Assembly (NCBI GenBank): GCA_038087875.1
Contig: CM075998.1
Coordinates: 496,001-560,000 of the forward strand
Direction: 5' to 3'
DNA from: Malacoraja senta
Taxonomy: Eukaryota
Length of the DNA: 64,000 bases
A program made the position numbers and the translations under genes. The notes under the pieces are model-generated. The model had not been told where the DNA came from. It ran no database searches and worked only from the letters and a program-made list of their open reading frames with translations. Below, piece by piece: positions 51,001 to 61,198 of this stretch (within the stretch, counting starts at the first letter, position 1; each line of letters opens with the position of its first letter).

Positions 51001-52967
51001 GGGATGCCATAACTTTTGAATTCATTAGCTTAAAAACCTTAAAGACCATTTCTAATCATTCTTGACTCAAAAATCATGAATTTGCTTGTTTGTTTCCCAC
51101 TGTGTACTCATTATCCAAGCAATCCTTAAAAAAACGACTTACACAAAATATAGCACCAAATGTTTATCAGAGAATCTGACTTGAGAACATTGTGGAAAGG
51201 ATAATTGGATATATGGGCTACATTTAAAGAGATTTTTTTAAATACATAAGTAAGCATATGCTTAAAGAAACTGGAACAAAATTACACTGAAGGCAAAACC
51301 ATTAAATCATGAGTTTTCAAACATAAATTAGTGACAGGAAGAAATCATATGATAGCATAACTTGGAAGGGTACAGATTGAGCAGTTTGATCAACTACTGC
51401 TAATGCTGTCACCTTTTATAGCGATCAAAAAGTGTATGATTTAGAATTAATTTAGATTAACACTTAACAACTCAATGGACGTTGTTTGCAAGTTCAATGT
51501 CTGGTTAACGAGAAATAATTCACAATCTGCCATTAGTACATACTAGATTAAATTATAAATGTTGAACAAACTTTATAACGTGGGGTATATGTAGTATAAA
51601 TAGTAATTAAAATATTACCATGCTCTTCCAGGTAAGCCTGCAGTCTCTGGATGAGATCCTGCTTGTTTCCTTTAGAATCTAGTCCTCTCGAAACACATTC
51701 TTGTCTCAGTTCAGTCAACTAAAATAACGTGAAAACAAAGGTTGGAATTGTGGAGGCTTAGATTCATCCAGTCATCCTACTGTTTCCCCATAACATTGTA
51801 TCAAAAAAAATAATCCTATGCCCTCGTTATACAATAGTTTCTGTCTCAACTACTTTATTTTCAAACTCTGAAGAGCTTAATTTTTCTACCAGAAGTTTAA
51901 AATTGATGAACCTTCAACTCCTCAATTGAAGGAGACAGCATTTGCTACTCACCTCGTTACAGCCTTTTATAATTTAAAATACTTTCCTCTATTCAAAACT
52001 GTATCAGCGTTGCTCCTCACAATTTGAGGATCAATCAGTTATTTGTACCATGCACATTTCCCCTGCTCCTGCCACACCCCCCCACAACATTTTTAAAATG
52101 TTGGCGTATATTATACAGCTTCCAAATTTAGTATATTGCTTCCAAATTTAGGTGGCTGTTACAAGTCAGATTACTGGGTCTGCCATCACATAATAACCTA
52201 GAATGGGTAAGAAATACGATTTTTCTTACTGCAGGCCATTATTATGTTTTCCCCCCTCCCACAAGGCAATTAGATAGATTTCTGATTATTGATACTGAAT
52301 GGTTATTCCAGATTTATTGAATTACTTGAATTTAAATCTCCCAGCCGCTACGGTGGGATGAATTCATGTCACGGGATCAATGTTCCAGGTCTCTGGATGC
52401 AGCTCCAGTAACTTAAACACTATATCTCGACGTGATTCAGATTTTTTTTCTGAAAAAAAAACAAAAAAAAAGCTTATCCATCCACGCCTTCAGGAATTAC
52501 ATCCCATGTGATACGACATGTAACCCATGAGGATACAGGCGTGTACTCGATCCTGGTTCCGATGGTTCATTAATCCACTAGGCCGTGTGGGAGCCATGTG
52601 TTGCTCCTCATCACGACGTTTATGCCGCTTAAAGCGTTGGGGCGGGAGGCAGTAATGGTGGGTGACTTTGAAACAGAAAAATAACCCCATCCTCAGAGCG
52701 ACAGTTGCTGGGAGAGGGGGAAGGGGTGGGAATCGACCGCGGCAAACCTCTCTCTCTCTCTCTCCCCCCCCCCCCCCCGCGCCGTAGCGTCTCCGGGAGG
52801 ACAAGCAAGTAAAAGATGAAGCCTAGCGGCTACTTCGTCTTCTGAATGCAGTCCCTGACTCGCGATCCTCGGCTTATCCTGTCCCCAAAGATTCCCCCGA
52901 ACCTCGCCTGGGTTTCAGCTCCCTGTACCTTCAATTTGCTAATGTCCACCCCCGTCCTGTCCGCCAT
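32698..52967 (-). CDS. SARNP: SAP domain-containing ribonucleoprotein (CIP29/Tho1 homologue), 11 coding exons, 630 nt, 209 aa
   Basis: All 11 exons found by hand with GT-AG borders and consistent phases (39+100+47+71+52+74+26+26+69+84+42=630). N-terminal SAP domain plus five RxxRF(G/N) motifs. Confidence 0.95.
33071..33366. mobile_element. Possible old Tc1/mariner (Tigger-like) MITE
   Basis: Imperfect terminal inverted repeats CCGGCAGTTTCCTGGTTACTAATG and CATTCATTACCTGGGAACAGCCTG. Confidence 0.45.
33973..34056 (-). CDS. SARNP: SARNP exon 10 (TEDDEKMKKRKERFGIVTSSGGGGDDVE)
   Basis: ttcttgtag|ACT ... GAG|gtaatc; 84 nt. Confidence 0.95.
35548..35853 (+). mobile_element. tRNA-derived V-SINE (HE1-like)
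   Basis: GGTGGCGCAGC A box, GGTTCGATCC B box, same core, CR1-like tail ending CTAAACTAAACTAAA. Confidence 0.9.
35910..38640 (-). mobile_element. CR1-clade LINE: ORF1 esterase, AP endonuclease and RT; frameshifted and internally deleted
   Basis: ORF1 VVGDSI/HVGTND/DGLH; endonuclease YFNARGL, TET, GVYYRP, VGDFNFP, LDLVL, SDH; RT GSVLGPLLF, KFADDTK; C-terminal RRIRGDL. Confidence 0.95.
39021..39053. repeat. (TA)n microsatellite
   Basis: Read directly from the sequence. Confidence 0.9.
39185..39520. mobile_element. Degenerate palindromic mini-element with a tandemly duplicated right arm
   Basis: GCTGA(A/G)TTACTC(C/A)AGCACTTT occurs twice; inverted left arm; terminal AAACCAGCATCTGCAGTTCC. Confidence 0.7.
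40107..40128. repeat. (AC)n microsatellite
   Basis: Read directly from the sequence. Confidence 0.9.
41765..41833 (-). CDS. SARNP: SARNP exon 9 (ISAEKLRERAERFGMNVSSLSKK)
   Basis: ttttcag|ATC ... AAG|gtaggt; 69 nt. Confidence 0.95.
42576..42601 (-). CDS. SARNP: SARNP exon 8 microexon (GTAGNTKTV)
   Basis: ctttttcag|GT ACT ... GTG|gtaagt; 26 nt; restores phase 0. Confidence 0.85.
43081..43106 (-). CDS. SARNP: SARNP exon 7 microexon (RFGLPIATK)
   Basis: caacag|A TTT GGG ... AAA G|gtaag; 26 nt; completes RAARFG. Confidence 0.88.
44376..44449 (-). CDS. SARNP: SARNP exon 6 (RLKKRAERFNVPGTAESKKAARAA)
   Basis: atacag|AGG ... CG|gtaat; 74 nt. Confidence 0.95.
45060..46100. repeat. Degenerate 33-37-bp minisatellite (GCCACTGCCCAGTTTAGCGCCATT core) in SARNP intron 5
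   Basis: CCAGTTTAGCRCCATT repeated many times across 45080-45700, decaying toward 46100. Confidence 0.85.
46634..46685 (-). CDS. SARNP: SARNP exon 5 (SAAKKLVKIVGPMTESE)
   Basis: ttttcag|A TCT ... GAG|gtgggt; 52 nt. Confidence 0.9.
47012..47330 (-). mobile_element. CR1 LINE 3' fragment
   Basis: Same tail as the element at 35910 (CAGCATGGAAACAGGCCCTTT...). Confidence 0.75.
47830..47900 (-). CDS. SARNP: SARNP exon 4 (EEEQQQKAEPEVEGQTVAAKEPE)
   Basis: acacag|GAA ... GA|gtaaat; 71 nt, phase-compatible acidic linker. Confidence 0.85.
48515..49240 (+). mobile_element. CR1 LINE 3' fragment with a nested antisense CR1 tail (~48760-48912)
   Basis: RMRGDLIEV split by an antisense piece; resumes with TRRHKFTVRGERFNR...NFF. 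Confidence 0.8.
49895..49941 (-). CDS. SARNP: SARNP exon 3 (AEEEVNEEDVLAEDTE)
   Basis: ttgcag|CT ... GAG|gtagat; 47 nt. Confidence 0.93.
51619..51718 (-). CDS. SARNP: SARNP exon 2 (SAP domain, LTELRQECVSRGLDSKGNKQDLIQRLQAYLEEH)
   Basis: ttttag|TTG ... CAT G|gtaat; 100 nt. Confidence 0.95.
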
Positions 52968-53135
52968 CTTGCCAAACTCTTCGCCTCCCACCGCCGCTCG
53001 CCACCTGTCCAATCCTGGGCCGCGTTAGTCACGATCAACAAGACGCCGCGCCATTGGTCCCCGTGAGATAGCGACGACAACTCGGTCATCCGTTGCTATG
53101 GCGCCCTGAAGTAAAATTAACGTAGAAACCAATGG
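52700..53135 (-). promoter_or_regulatory. SARNP CpG-island promoter and exon 1 region
   Basis: CpG-rich. YY1 motif CCGCCATCTT (52961-52970) overlaps the ATG. CCAAT boxes near 53009, 53053 and 53129. RFX X-box-like GTTGCTATGGCGCC at 53092-53105. Confidence 0.75.
52929..52967 (-). CDS. SARNP: SARNP exon 1 coding part (MADRTGVDISKLK)
   Basis: Kozak-like aagATGG in a CpG-rich region; donor AAG|gtacag. Confidence 0.9.
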
Positions 53136-53416
53136 AGGTAAATTTAAAAAGCTTTTATCAATATTGAAAATAAAATTTAAAAATCCACACAGTCCTAGCG
53201 ATGTGCCAATTATCTTTTAGTGACAAAAAAACAACAATCCTTACAAATTGTCCTTTCACCCTGATTTTCTTTTTCTAACTTTTATTGTTTCTAACTAACA
53301 GCATGTAATTGTCCTAAACCAGGAGTCAACCAGTTGTCACATGCAGGCCAGCTGGGTAAGGATGACAGATTTCCTGACCCGAAGGACATAAATGAACCAG
53401 ACTTTGATGACAATCT

Positions 53417-53596
53417 TAGATAGACACATAATGTTGGAGTAACTCAGCGGGACAGATAGCATCTCTGGATAGAAGGAATGGGTGACGTTTCGGGTCGAGA
53501 TTCTTGTTCAGTCTGACGGTTTCTTCGGTGTAAACCAGATGTAAACCCAGTGTAAACCTTCAGTGTAAACCAGCATCTGCGGTTCCTTCCTACACA
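53417..53596. mobile_element. Same mini-element family with 14-bp TSD, inserted in an older repeat
   Basis: TTTGATGACAATCT at 53403-53416 and 53597-53610; same CAGCATCTGCRGTTCCTTC terminus. Confidence 0.8.
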
Positions 53597-55349
53597 TTTG
53601 ATGACAATCTGGTAGTTTCACAGTCACTTATTTAATTATTTGCATTTAAATTTGCCATTGTGGGATTCATATTCTTTTCTCTGGATCACTGGTCCAGAAG
53701 TCTGTAACTCATTCACTGTGCACTGTTCACCTCATACTGCTTTGTTTTAATGAGTGGTAAATGGCAAGCAGTCAAACACAAAGGTGAACCTCGGCCTGAA
53801 GCTAGCAGGACAAGGAAATAGTGGTTAAGAAGGTATATGGAATACTTGCATTTAAAAAAAAAAACTCAGGCATATAGCACTGGAGCAGGGAGTTTTTTGT
53901 TACAACTATAACAAGTGAGATCACAGTTAGAGTACAGTGCACAGTTTTGGTTATCAAGTTACTGTTTAGTTTATTATTGTCATGTGTACCAAGTTACAGT
54001 GATAAGCTTGTTTGCTTACTATCCAGTCAAAGAAATGACTATACATGACTACAATCAAGCCGACAACAATGCACAGATAAAGGATAAAGGGAGGATCTGA
54101 TAGCACTAGAGTGCAGAGAAGAGGTATAACAATGTTACCAAGGCAAAAAGCACTGAAGTTATGTCACCAGGGAAAAAGTACTAGGGATTGATTATTTTTT
54201 TGGATCGATGAGAGATTTACTTGAAGTGTATACATTTATAAGTGCCCTGGACAGGGTAAACAGAGAAAAAAAATCCCTTATCAAACAGTTCAGTTACTGG
54301 GGAGCATAGATTTAAGATGAGAAGAAATAGTTTTGTTCAGTGAGTGGTGAGAATTTGGAATTCACTATGTGACAGGATAATGGAGGCACAGACTCTTTCC
54401 ACAAAAATACTTACAAAGGTGAGAACAATAATAGGGCATAATATATTGATGAAAGACAAGGTCTTATCTATTCACAAGGCAATAATCTAATAAACTGTCT
54501 GGCTAAACTGAAAGAATCTTAAAATACAACAACGTATCAAATTCAAAAACCAAAGAGGGGAAACCTAGATCACAACATGGCTGTACAGATGAACACAGCA
54601 CTATCGCCAAAGCTGACCACTGGCTGCAGAAAGGATACTTGATAGTGACATCAATCTTTAATGTAAGTGACCTAATGTTCTGGGATTACCCTTGTTCAAC
54701 CCACCATAAAGGTGAGGTCATCCAAAACTCTGCTCTTATATTCATTGCCCCGATCAATGAAGGCAAGCAAGCATACCATATGGTTTCTTTACCACTCTCT
54801 ATCAACGTGTGTTTCATTCCTTGTATTTAAAGGAGACTTTGGAAATTAAAATATAGTTCCAGCTGTCAATATTATTTGCAGTATTGCAGTCTTTCCAATG
54901 TCTGTTTACTTTGAAAGATTGTCATAATGCCTCAGATGCCCTATTTTACTCATGAGCTGGTATTGATCAGGCCTCTTCAAAAATTGGGGCGTATTTTGTT
55001 AATCTTATTCCAGTTGATTGATGTTTTAGGCATTTATGCTCATCAACAGATAAAGAAAGCAGTGCATGCAGGCTTCAGATAAAAGTCCCACTCCAAGGAA
55101 GCATAATCTCCAAAGGCTCCTGCAAATGTATATATTTAAAATGTAGAAAAATGGGCAGCCAATATTCACACAGCGGACTCCCACAAATAACGAATGATAT
55201 TAAATTGATGTCAATTATTGAACACAATAAATGATGACCCCAGAAAAGTGGGGAGAGCACTCATATTCCTCTTCAATATCACGCCATGGCATGTTAAGTG
55301 AGAAAGGTAACAAGGTAAACCTTCACATCTCCTTTCCACTGGCAAGTGT

Positions 55350-55830
55350 GACGCTAGGGCCCCAGCGCCGCCCGTCACAACATTCCATTAGTCTCACTCA
55401 GCGAACCGCTTTCTCCGCACAGGCACCGCCCCATCCAGTCGTGCGACGCTCCCTCTTTGCCGCCCCTCCCACAGTGCGGCGCTGGAAATATTTTGTCCTT
55501 TTCCTGGAATACTAAGTGGCGGTGTCCCTTTAAAGCACCGTGGTCGCCTTTCCGGAGCTGCTGTGTGGGAGGTTGAGAACCCTTCTATATGGGTGGGCGC
55601 TGTCGACTTTGCCTCCCTCCGCCCCACTGACCCTTGTTAGAAGCGGCGAGGACCAGAGCTGGAGGAAGGTTGACGGCGAAGTGCAGGTAAGTGATAGCAA
55701 ATCGGGATCGAGTGGCTCGCCCACCTTGAGATAGCCGCAAAAGCCTTGCGCAAATCTGCTGTTGGCGAGAAAGGTAGGGAGCGGCCCGGTTTAAGAGGGA
55801 CGCTCTGTCGGCTAGAAGCGCAGGCCGCTG
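55350..55830 (+). promoter_or_regulatory. CpG island: probable INPP1-like promoter and non-coding exon 1 ending at 55686
   Basis: CpG-dense; GC box CCCTCCGCCCC near 55615-55625; consensus donor CAG|GTAAGT at 55686/55687; the first coding exon has its own splice acceptor upstream of the ATG. Confidence 0.65.
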
Positions 55831-57139
55831 TCTATTATTCCTCCAGATGCAACAAAAATAATAGGCAGTCACCGGCACCTCTACTTAAAATCGCTCAATT
55901 GCCCACATCCACTGATACCTTAATACACAAAACCTCGTATCTCAGCCTTGAATATGCTTAGCGACTTACTGTGTCCACGGCCCTCTCGGTGTGTGAAACC
56001 CAGAGATTCCTAACACTCATCATTTCTATGTTAAATGACAAATAACGTGTAGAGGCTGAAGACTCTACACGCTGCTTCCAGAGACAAGCATACAAAAAAA
56101 ACCAGGATAACCCTCCAGGCTCAGAGAATGTCGCAGTTTTGGCGGTGTCATCTTTATGATACGAAGTCTGTTCTCTTTGGTAAAAGTAATAAAATCGTGT
56201 CCGACCCGCTGAGTTACTCCAGCACTTCGTGTTTCTTTTGTAAACCGGCATCTGCAGTTCCTTGTGTCTTCGTGGTATTTTTTTTGTTTTGAGAAGAGCG
56301 GGATGCAAGTTCCTGTCTCCTGAGCAATAATTATCTGCTTCCACAACCGCGAAATAGCCTCATGTTACTAAAAAAACACACATTCTACACAATTAAAACA
56401 GATGAACTGGCCGCATTCACATTACTGTTTGTCGAAACGTACTTCTTTCGCATGGCGGTGACCACACTTGATGTTATGAAAGGATTTGTAAAGTGGTCGG
56501 TCACTAAATGCATTGCTTTTCTTTAAATGTTCAAATACATCACCAAGAATATTGGCAATCAGATTATTTTCTTGCCCCCACATGTAATTCTCCCCTCGGT
56601 AATTAATCTAGTAAATCTACGTTGCATGTAAGTATATCCTCATCCACGATCATGAGCCCTTTATTCTGTCTCAGAATTCCTGATCAAATTGGATCTCTCC
56701 TTGGGCCCTATTAACTGGTCTTGATTTATTCGTAGTTGATCGTCAATTCAGCTTTTCTGTACTCTAATCTAACCCATGAACTTGCAGCATTTGCTCACTG
56801 AAGATCAACCCTAATATCATCACAAAATGTATCGGCAAGGATGAGGCTGTTGTGGTTTGTAAAACTGCCTTCTAGCTTGCATAAGATGAACGGCAACTGT
56901 TGGAGACCTCTTCATGATCATGCCTCTCTCTGGGCAACTAGCCCACCACTGAACAGCAACTCATTGTCTTCCAGCAATCACTGACCTCATTCCCAATCCC
57001 CCAACACCTTCTAGCCTTGTGGTGCCCCAATCTCTCTCGACCTGTTTCTATATCCTGCCTGAGATCCAAGGAAGATTGTCTTGGCAGAGGCACGTGACAC
57101 TGCTGGGATCTTGAGTGAAACACAAAATGGATGGCTACT

Positions 57140-57315
57140 ACAGATGTTTTCAAGAGATAGTTAGATATAGCTCTTGGGTCTAACAGAATCAAGGGGTATG
57201 GGGAGAAAGCAGGAACGGGGTACTGATTTTGGATGATCAGCCATGATCATATTGAATGGCGGTGCTAGCTCGAAGGGCCAAATGGCCTACTCCTGCACGT
57301 ATTTTCTATGTTTAT
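57140..57315 (+). mobile_element. HER1-like CR1 3' tail
   Basis: Close match to 9060-9229. Confidence 0.8.
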
Positions 57316-57324
57316 GGTGGTCGC

Positions 57325-57800
57325 CTCCACACAACGGCAACCCTATGTTCCCAGTCACCTGCCACTTTAATTGTTCATCCCACTCCCATTCTGAGCAGTG
57401 TCTTCAGGCATTAACATTGCTCCAACGATGTCCACTTGAGCAACATCACCTTGCATTTAATCTGAGCACGCTGCACCCCTTGGGATTTAATACTGAGTTA
57501 AAACTAATTACAGGTAGTCACCTTTTCCTATTCAACAGATGTGGCAATATCTCTTTCACTTTGTTTATTTTTTATGCAAATCTGTCTCCAACTATCCGTT
57601 TTTTAAGTAATTGTTCCCTTCACAGCTTTGTTCTGCACTCTATCACACCCATTTCTTCTGTTCACCATCTTTCTATCTCTCTGTAATTTAAAACACATTT
57701 TCTCACTGTTCCAGTTCTTTTGAAGAGTTCTAGACCAGAAATATTGACTGTTTTCCCCTCCATGGATGTTGCTTGACCTGCTGACTGCTTCTAACATTTT
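57325..57800 (+). mobile_element. Penelope 3' fragment
   Basis: PVTCHFNCSSHSH...LEQHHLAFNLSTLHPLGFNTE followed by a decayed terminal repeat. Confidence 0.7.
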
Positions 57801-60800
57801 ATGTATTTGTTAAGCATATCCTTCCTTGGATACAACACTCAAAACTATTATTCCTCACCAAGCCTTGTGCAACTGGAGCCAGGCTTGTAAACCTTTGCTA
57901 CAAAAGGCTGGTACACATCTCTAAACTGAAGTTGTCTCAATAAGCTATATGTCCCATGTCATCGCCTAGATCCTAGCATCTCCTCTAATGGTTATGAATC
58001 TGAGATGGATGGGGGTGATGCCAGCGATTAAGAAAAGGGGATTTTGACAATGTAGCCAGGATACTGCCCAGACCATTGGTCTGACATGTTGCTTAGATCA
58101 ATAAGTAAGAAGCAGGGTTGGAGTTACTGGTATAAAATTTTGTAAGTTCATTGGTCAGGGCAGGTATATTCCTCACCTGAACCTCTAGATACATAGCTAA
58201 TGAAAATGGAATTAAGAGTTAATGATAAATGTACTTTAATAGGGGCAATTTCACGGTTTTAAAGGGAATTGTGGTTATTTTGGAAAGAGAAAATGGTGAC
58301 AATGGCCCAACTATGAAAAAAACTTAAACCTGAGATTAGGGTGCAGTTCCTACATATTCCCGCAGGTAAAATGCAGCTAACAGTGTAGCTCCTTGGATGA
58401 GAATTAATATGAGGCAACTGACAGCTCGCATGTTAATACTGAAATAAACACCAAAACAAATATTGAAAATAAAGAGGGGAGGCAAAAGTCTCAGATGAAC
58501 TGAAGAAAGATTGGCATAGAATGGAGGAATAGAAGGAATTTTACTGAGAACTTTAAGGAAAGGGTAATTTGAAATGCTAAAGGAAAACCAGTTTGCACAT
58601 AGCTAGCTCCCATGATGATGATGTTGGGTAAGTTGGTCTGGATGTAGGGCTAACTCTTAAATATTGCCATGAGATCTTCAACATCCATATGTGACCTGCT
58701 GAGTTACTGCAGCAATTTGTCTTTTTTTTGTAAACCAGCATCTGCAGTTCATTGTGTCTCTAGAGTGGAACCTGAAGCCTGACCCTTCTCACTTAAAAGT
58801 GAGTGTTGGGAAGGTATTCAGATTTGAAATGCATTGCCAGAAAGTGTGAAAAATCAGAAAGCATAATCATTTAAAAAAGCGATGTGCATGAAAGTTTTAA
58901 AATGGAAATGTTCAAAAGTTAGAGGAAAAGATCAGGGTAGTGGGATGAAATGGACTGCTGTTTCAGAGTGGGAGCACAATTAGAATAGTCAAAAGCCTCA
59001 AGCACTTTAAAAATTCTGTTTTATAGACAGGAAACATATTTGGAATGGCCAAGCCTAAAGGCATAAAGCTGAATGCATCAAGCAATGTAAGGCACATACT
59101 GATTAGAGGATAGGTGCATTCCATTCTAATTATAAGGTTGCATGTACGAACACTAGCTGGCCACAGTGTAGAGATTCAGTAAATCCCGTTTACCTTTTGA
59201 ATGTGGGTGTTGCTGATATTCTGGCATTTATCGCCCACCTCAAATTGCCTCGACCGAATGGCTTGTTAAACCACTTCAGAGTACTGTTTGGAATTAATTA
59301 CATTAGTGCACAACAGATTCACATACAGTCCTCCCCTCTGAGCTATGAATCCAGTAACATAACCACTATGCTACTGTTTATTGAAACCATTATTATCAGT
59401 GTACCAAATCTACAATCATGAGCTTTAAACATAAAACAATTTGCCCATTGAGACAAAAAATATTTTGAGGTTGTCTAAGGTTAAAATTGAGTAAATGAGT
59501 ATGCCATTACATCCAACAAATCATTTGCAATGGCTTCCCTTTAAATCAACATTTATATTGCAGATTATTTGGTGAAAACATGGCATTAGCAAATGATTTT
59601 CCTCGCACCAAATTGCCTTTTGTACAGCAAATAAAGTCAATTTACTCAGAGTAACTTGTTTAAAAGAGCAGAGGAAGCAAACTGCTGCAATTTCTCCAGA
59701 AAGATGCAGTGAGTGGAGCACATTTGCATGTCAATTATGTGTGTAAAATAACTATAGGCAAGTACATCTGTGGTCACCAAGCTTGATTGAGAGGAATTAC
59801 TGAATCTCTGCACTTAATACTTCAGCCTGTTTGTGAATCATGCACTGGGATAGTGTTTTGGTTGTAATATTTTTATGTTGAGATTTTCCTGTGTACCTTT
59901 ACCTGTTGTAATGTTGTTTCAGAGAATCACACCATGCAGTTGGAGTAAATGTTATTGTGAAACCTTTCCTGTTGCATTCCAACATAACATCTCTGATATT
60001 TTTATTTCCAAGCCGGCCCACAAAGGTCCTTTACAAGCAGCTGTTTCTGTTGGCTGCAATGCCCTTTTGTAGTATTTTGGTGAACCAGATTTAATAAATT
60101 CTCCACTCCAAAGTATATTTGTTGACCTTTTAGTTTGGGTCTGATCAAATCAGAAGAGAGATGGTTTTGTAGTCAGGAAGTTGCCTGGGTGGGATACTGG
60201 CAGACCCTAAAGGTTTGGGTCTCATGAATTGCCACTTATTTATATATTTAGTATCAATTTAAATTTCCATGATGGATGGAATGGCCTCCTTTGGTTTGAT
60301 TCTCTGAAATGTGGCAAAGTAAATGGGACTTCTAGTGCTAACCGTGTTTGCTAAATGTAATTTTTACCTGAAATGTCTAATGAGCTAATTATGGTACTAC
60401 TGAGAAACACATAGCTGATTAGCAAAAGTACAGAGAACAAAATTCCACCTAGAAAATGAACAAGGATAATTGATGTTTAATGTTACAATGCATTGCAGAT
60501 TAAATCTAGGTGACAAGACTATAATTCATTCAAAGAATTCCTCCTTTAATTGCAATGCTGCAGAGGTGTTCATTGTGGATCACCATTGTTTCCATTGGCT
60601 CCCATTTACTGCATTTGCGACACATCAGGTGCCCCGCCATGTCTCTCTTAATTAAATGATGCACTCATTTTTTCTAAATTATAAAGCTGCACACAATCCA
60701 TCAGAGGAGCTTGCACAGCGAGTCAAAAATCCATTTTTATTGACTATTGGGTTTCTCATGGGAAACCAGAATCAGATAAAATGTGCTTACTTAGAATCCC

Positions 60801-60994
60801 ATTTGGCTAAGACTTAGAACTGGGTGTCCACTGAGAGTAATTTCCGATAGCATAGAAAGCCTTGGTAGACAAGATTAGAGCATGTTGCTCCTTTAATACA
60901 ACGGAGACCTTCCATAAATGAGCAGCCAGCATCACATGCTTCAATAATTGTTTTTTTTTCTCTATAGCAGTGCTTAAAAGATTACATCTCAGCA

Positions 60995-61198
60995 ATGGCT
61001 GGTCTCCTAACTGCGTTGCTCTGTGCTTCTGAGAAATCTGCAAATATAGCGAGGGCTTGCAAACGAGAAGAAGAGCTCTTCCAGCTTCTGATCGAAGAGA
61101 AGAAAGGGCCGGAGAAAAACAAGAAGTTTGTGCAAGACTTCAAGACCCTGGCAGATGTCATCATTCAAGAAGTGATTAAGCATGACCTTGAGAAAAAG
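60995..61198 (+). CDS. INPP1: INPP1-like first coding exon (204 nt CDS)
   Basis: Acceptor tttttctctatag/cag (60967/60970), gcaATGG start, donor AAG|gtactg. Confidence 0.92.

Noticed and set aside
55589-55630. uORF MGGRCRLCLPPPH* in the INPP1-like leader
   Set aside because: The TSS is unknown and a GC box overlaps it, so it may lie upstream of the transcript.
53100-60900. ORMDL2, expected head-to-head with SARNP from human synteny
   Set aside because: No ORMDL-like coding exons recognised by eye or in the ORF track; a tBLASTn search would be needed to exclude small remnants.
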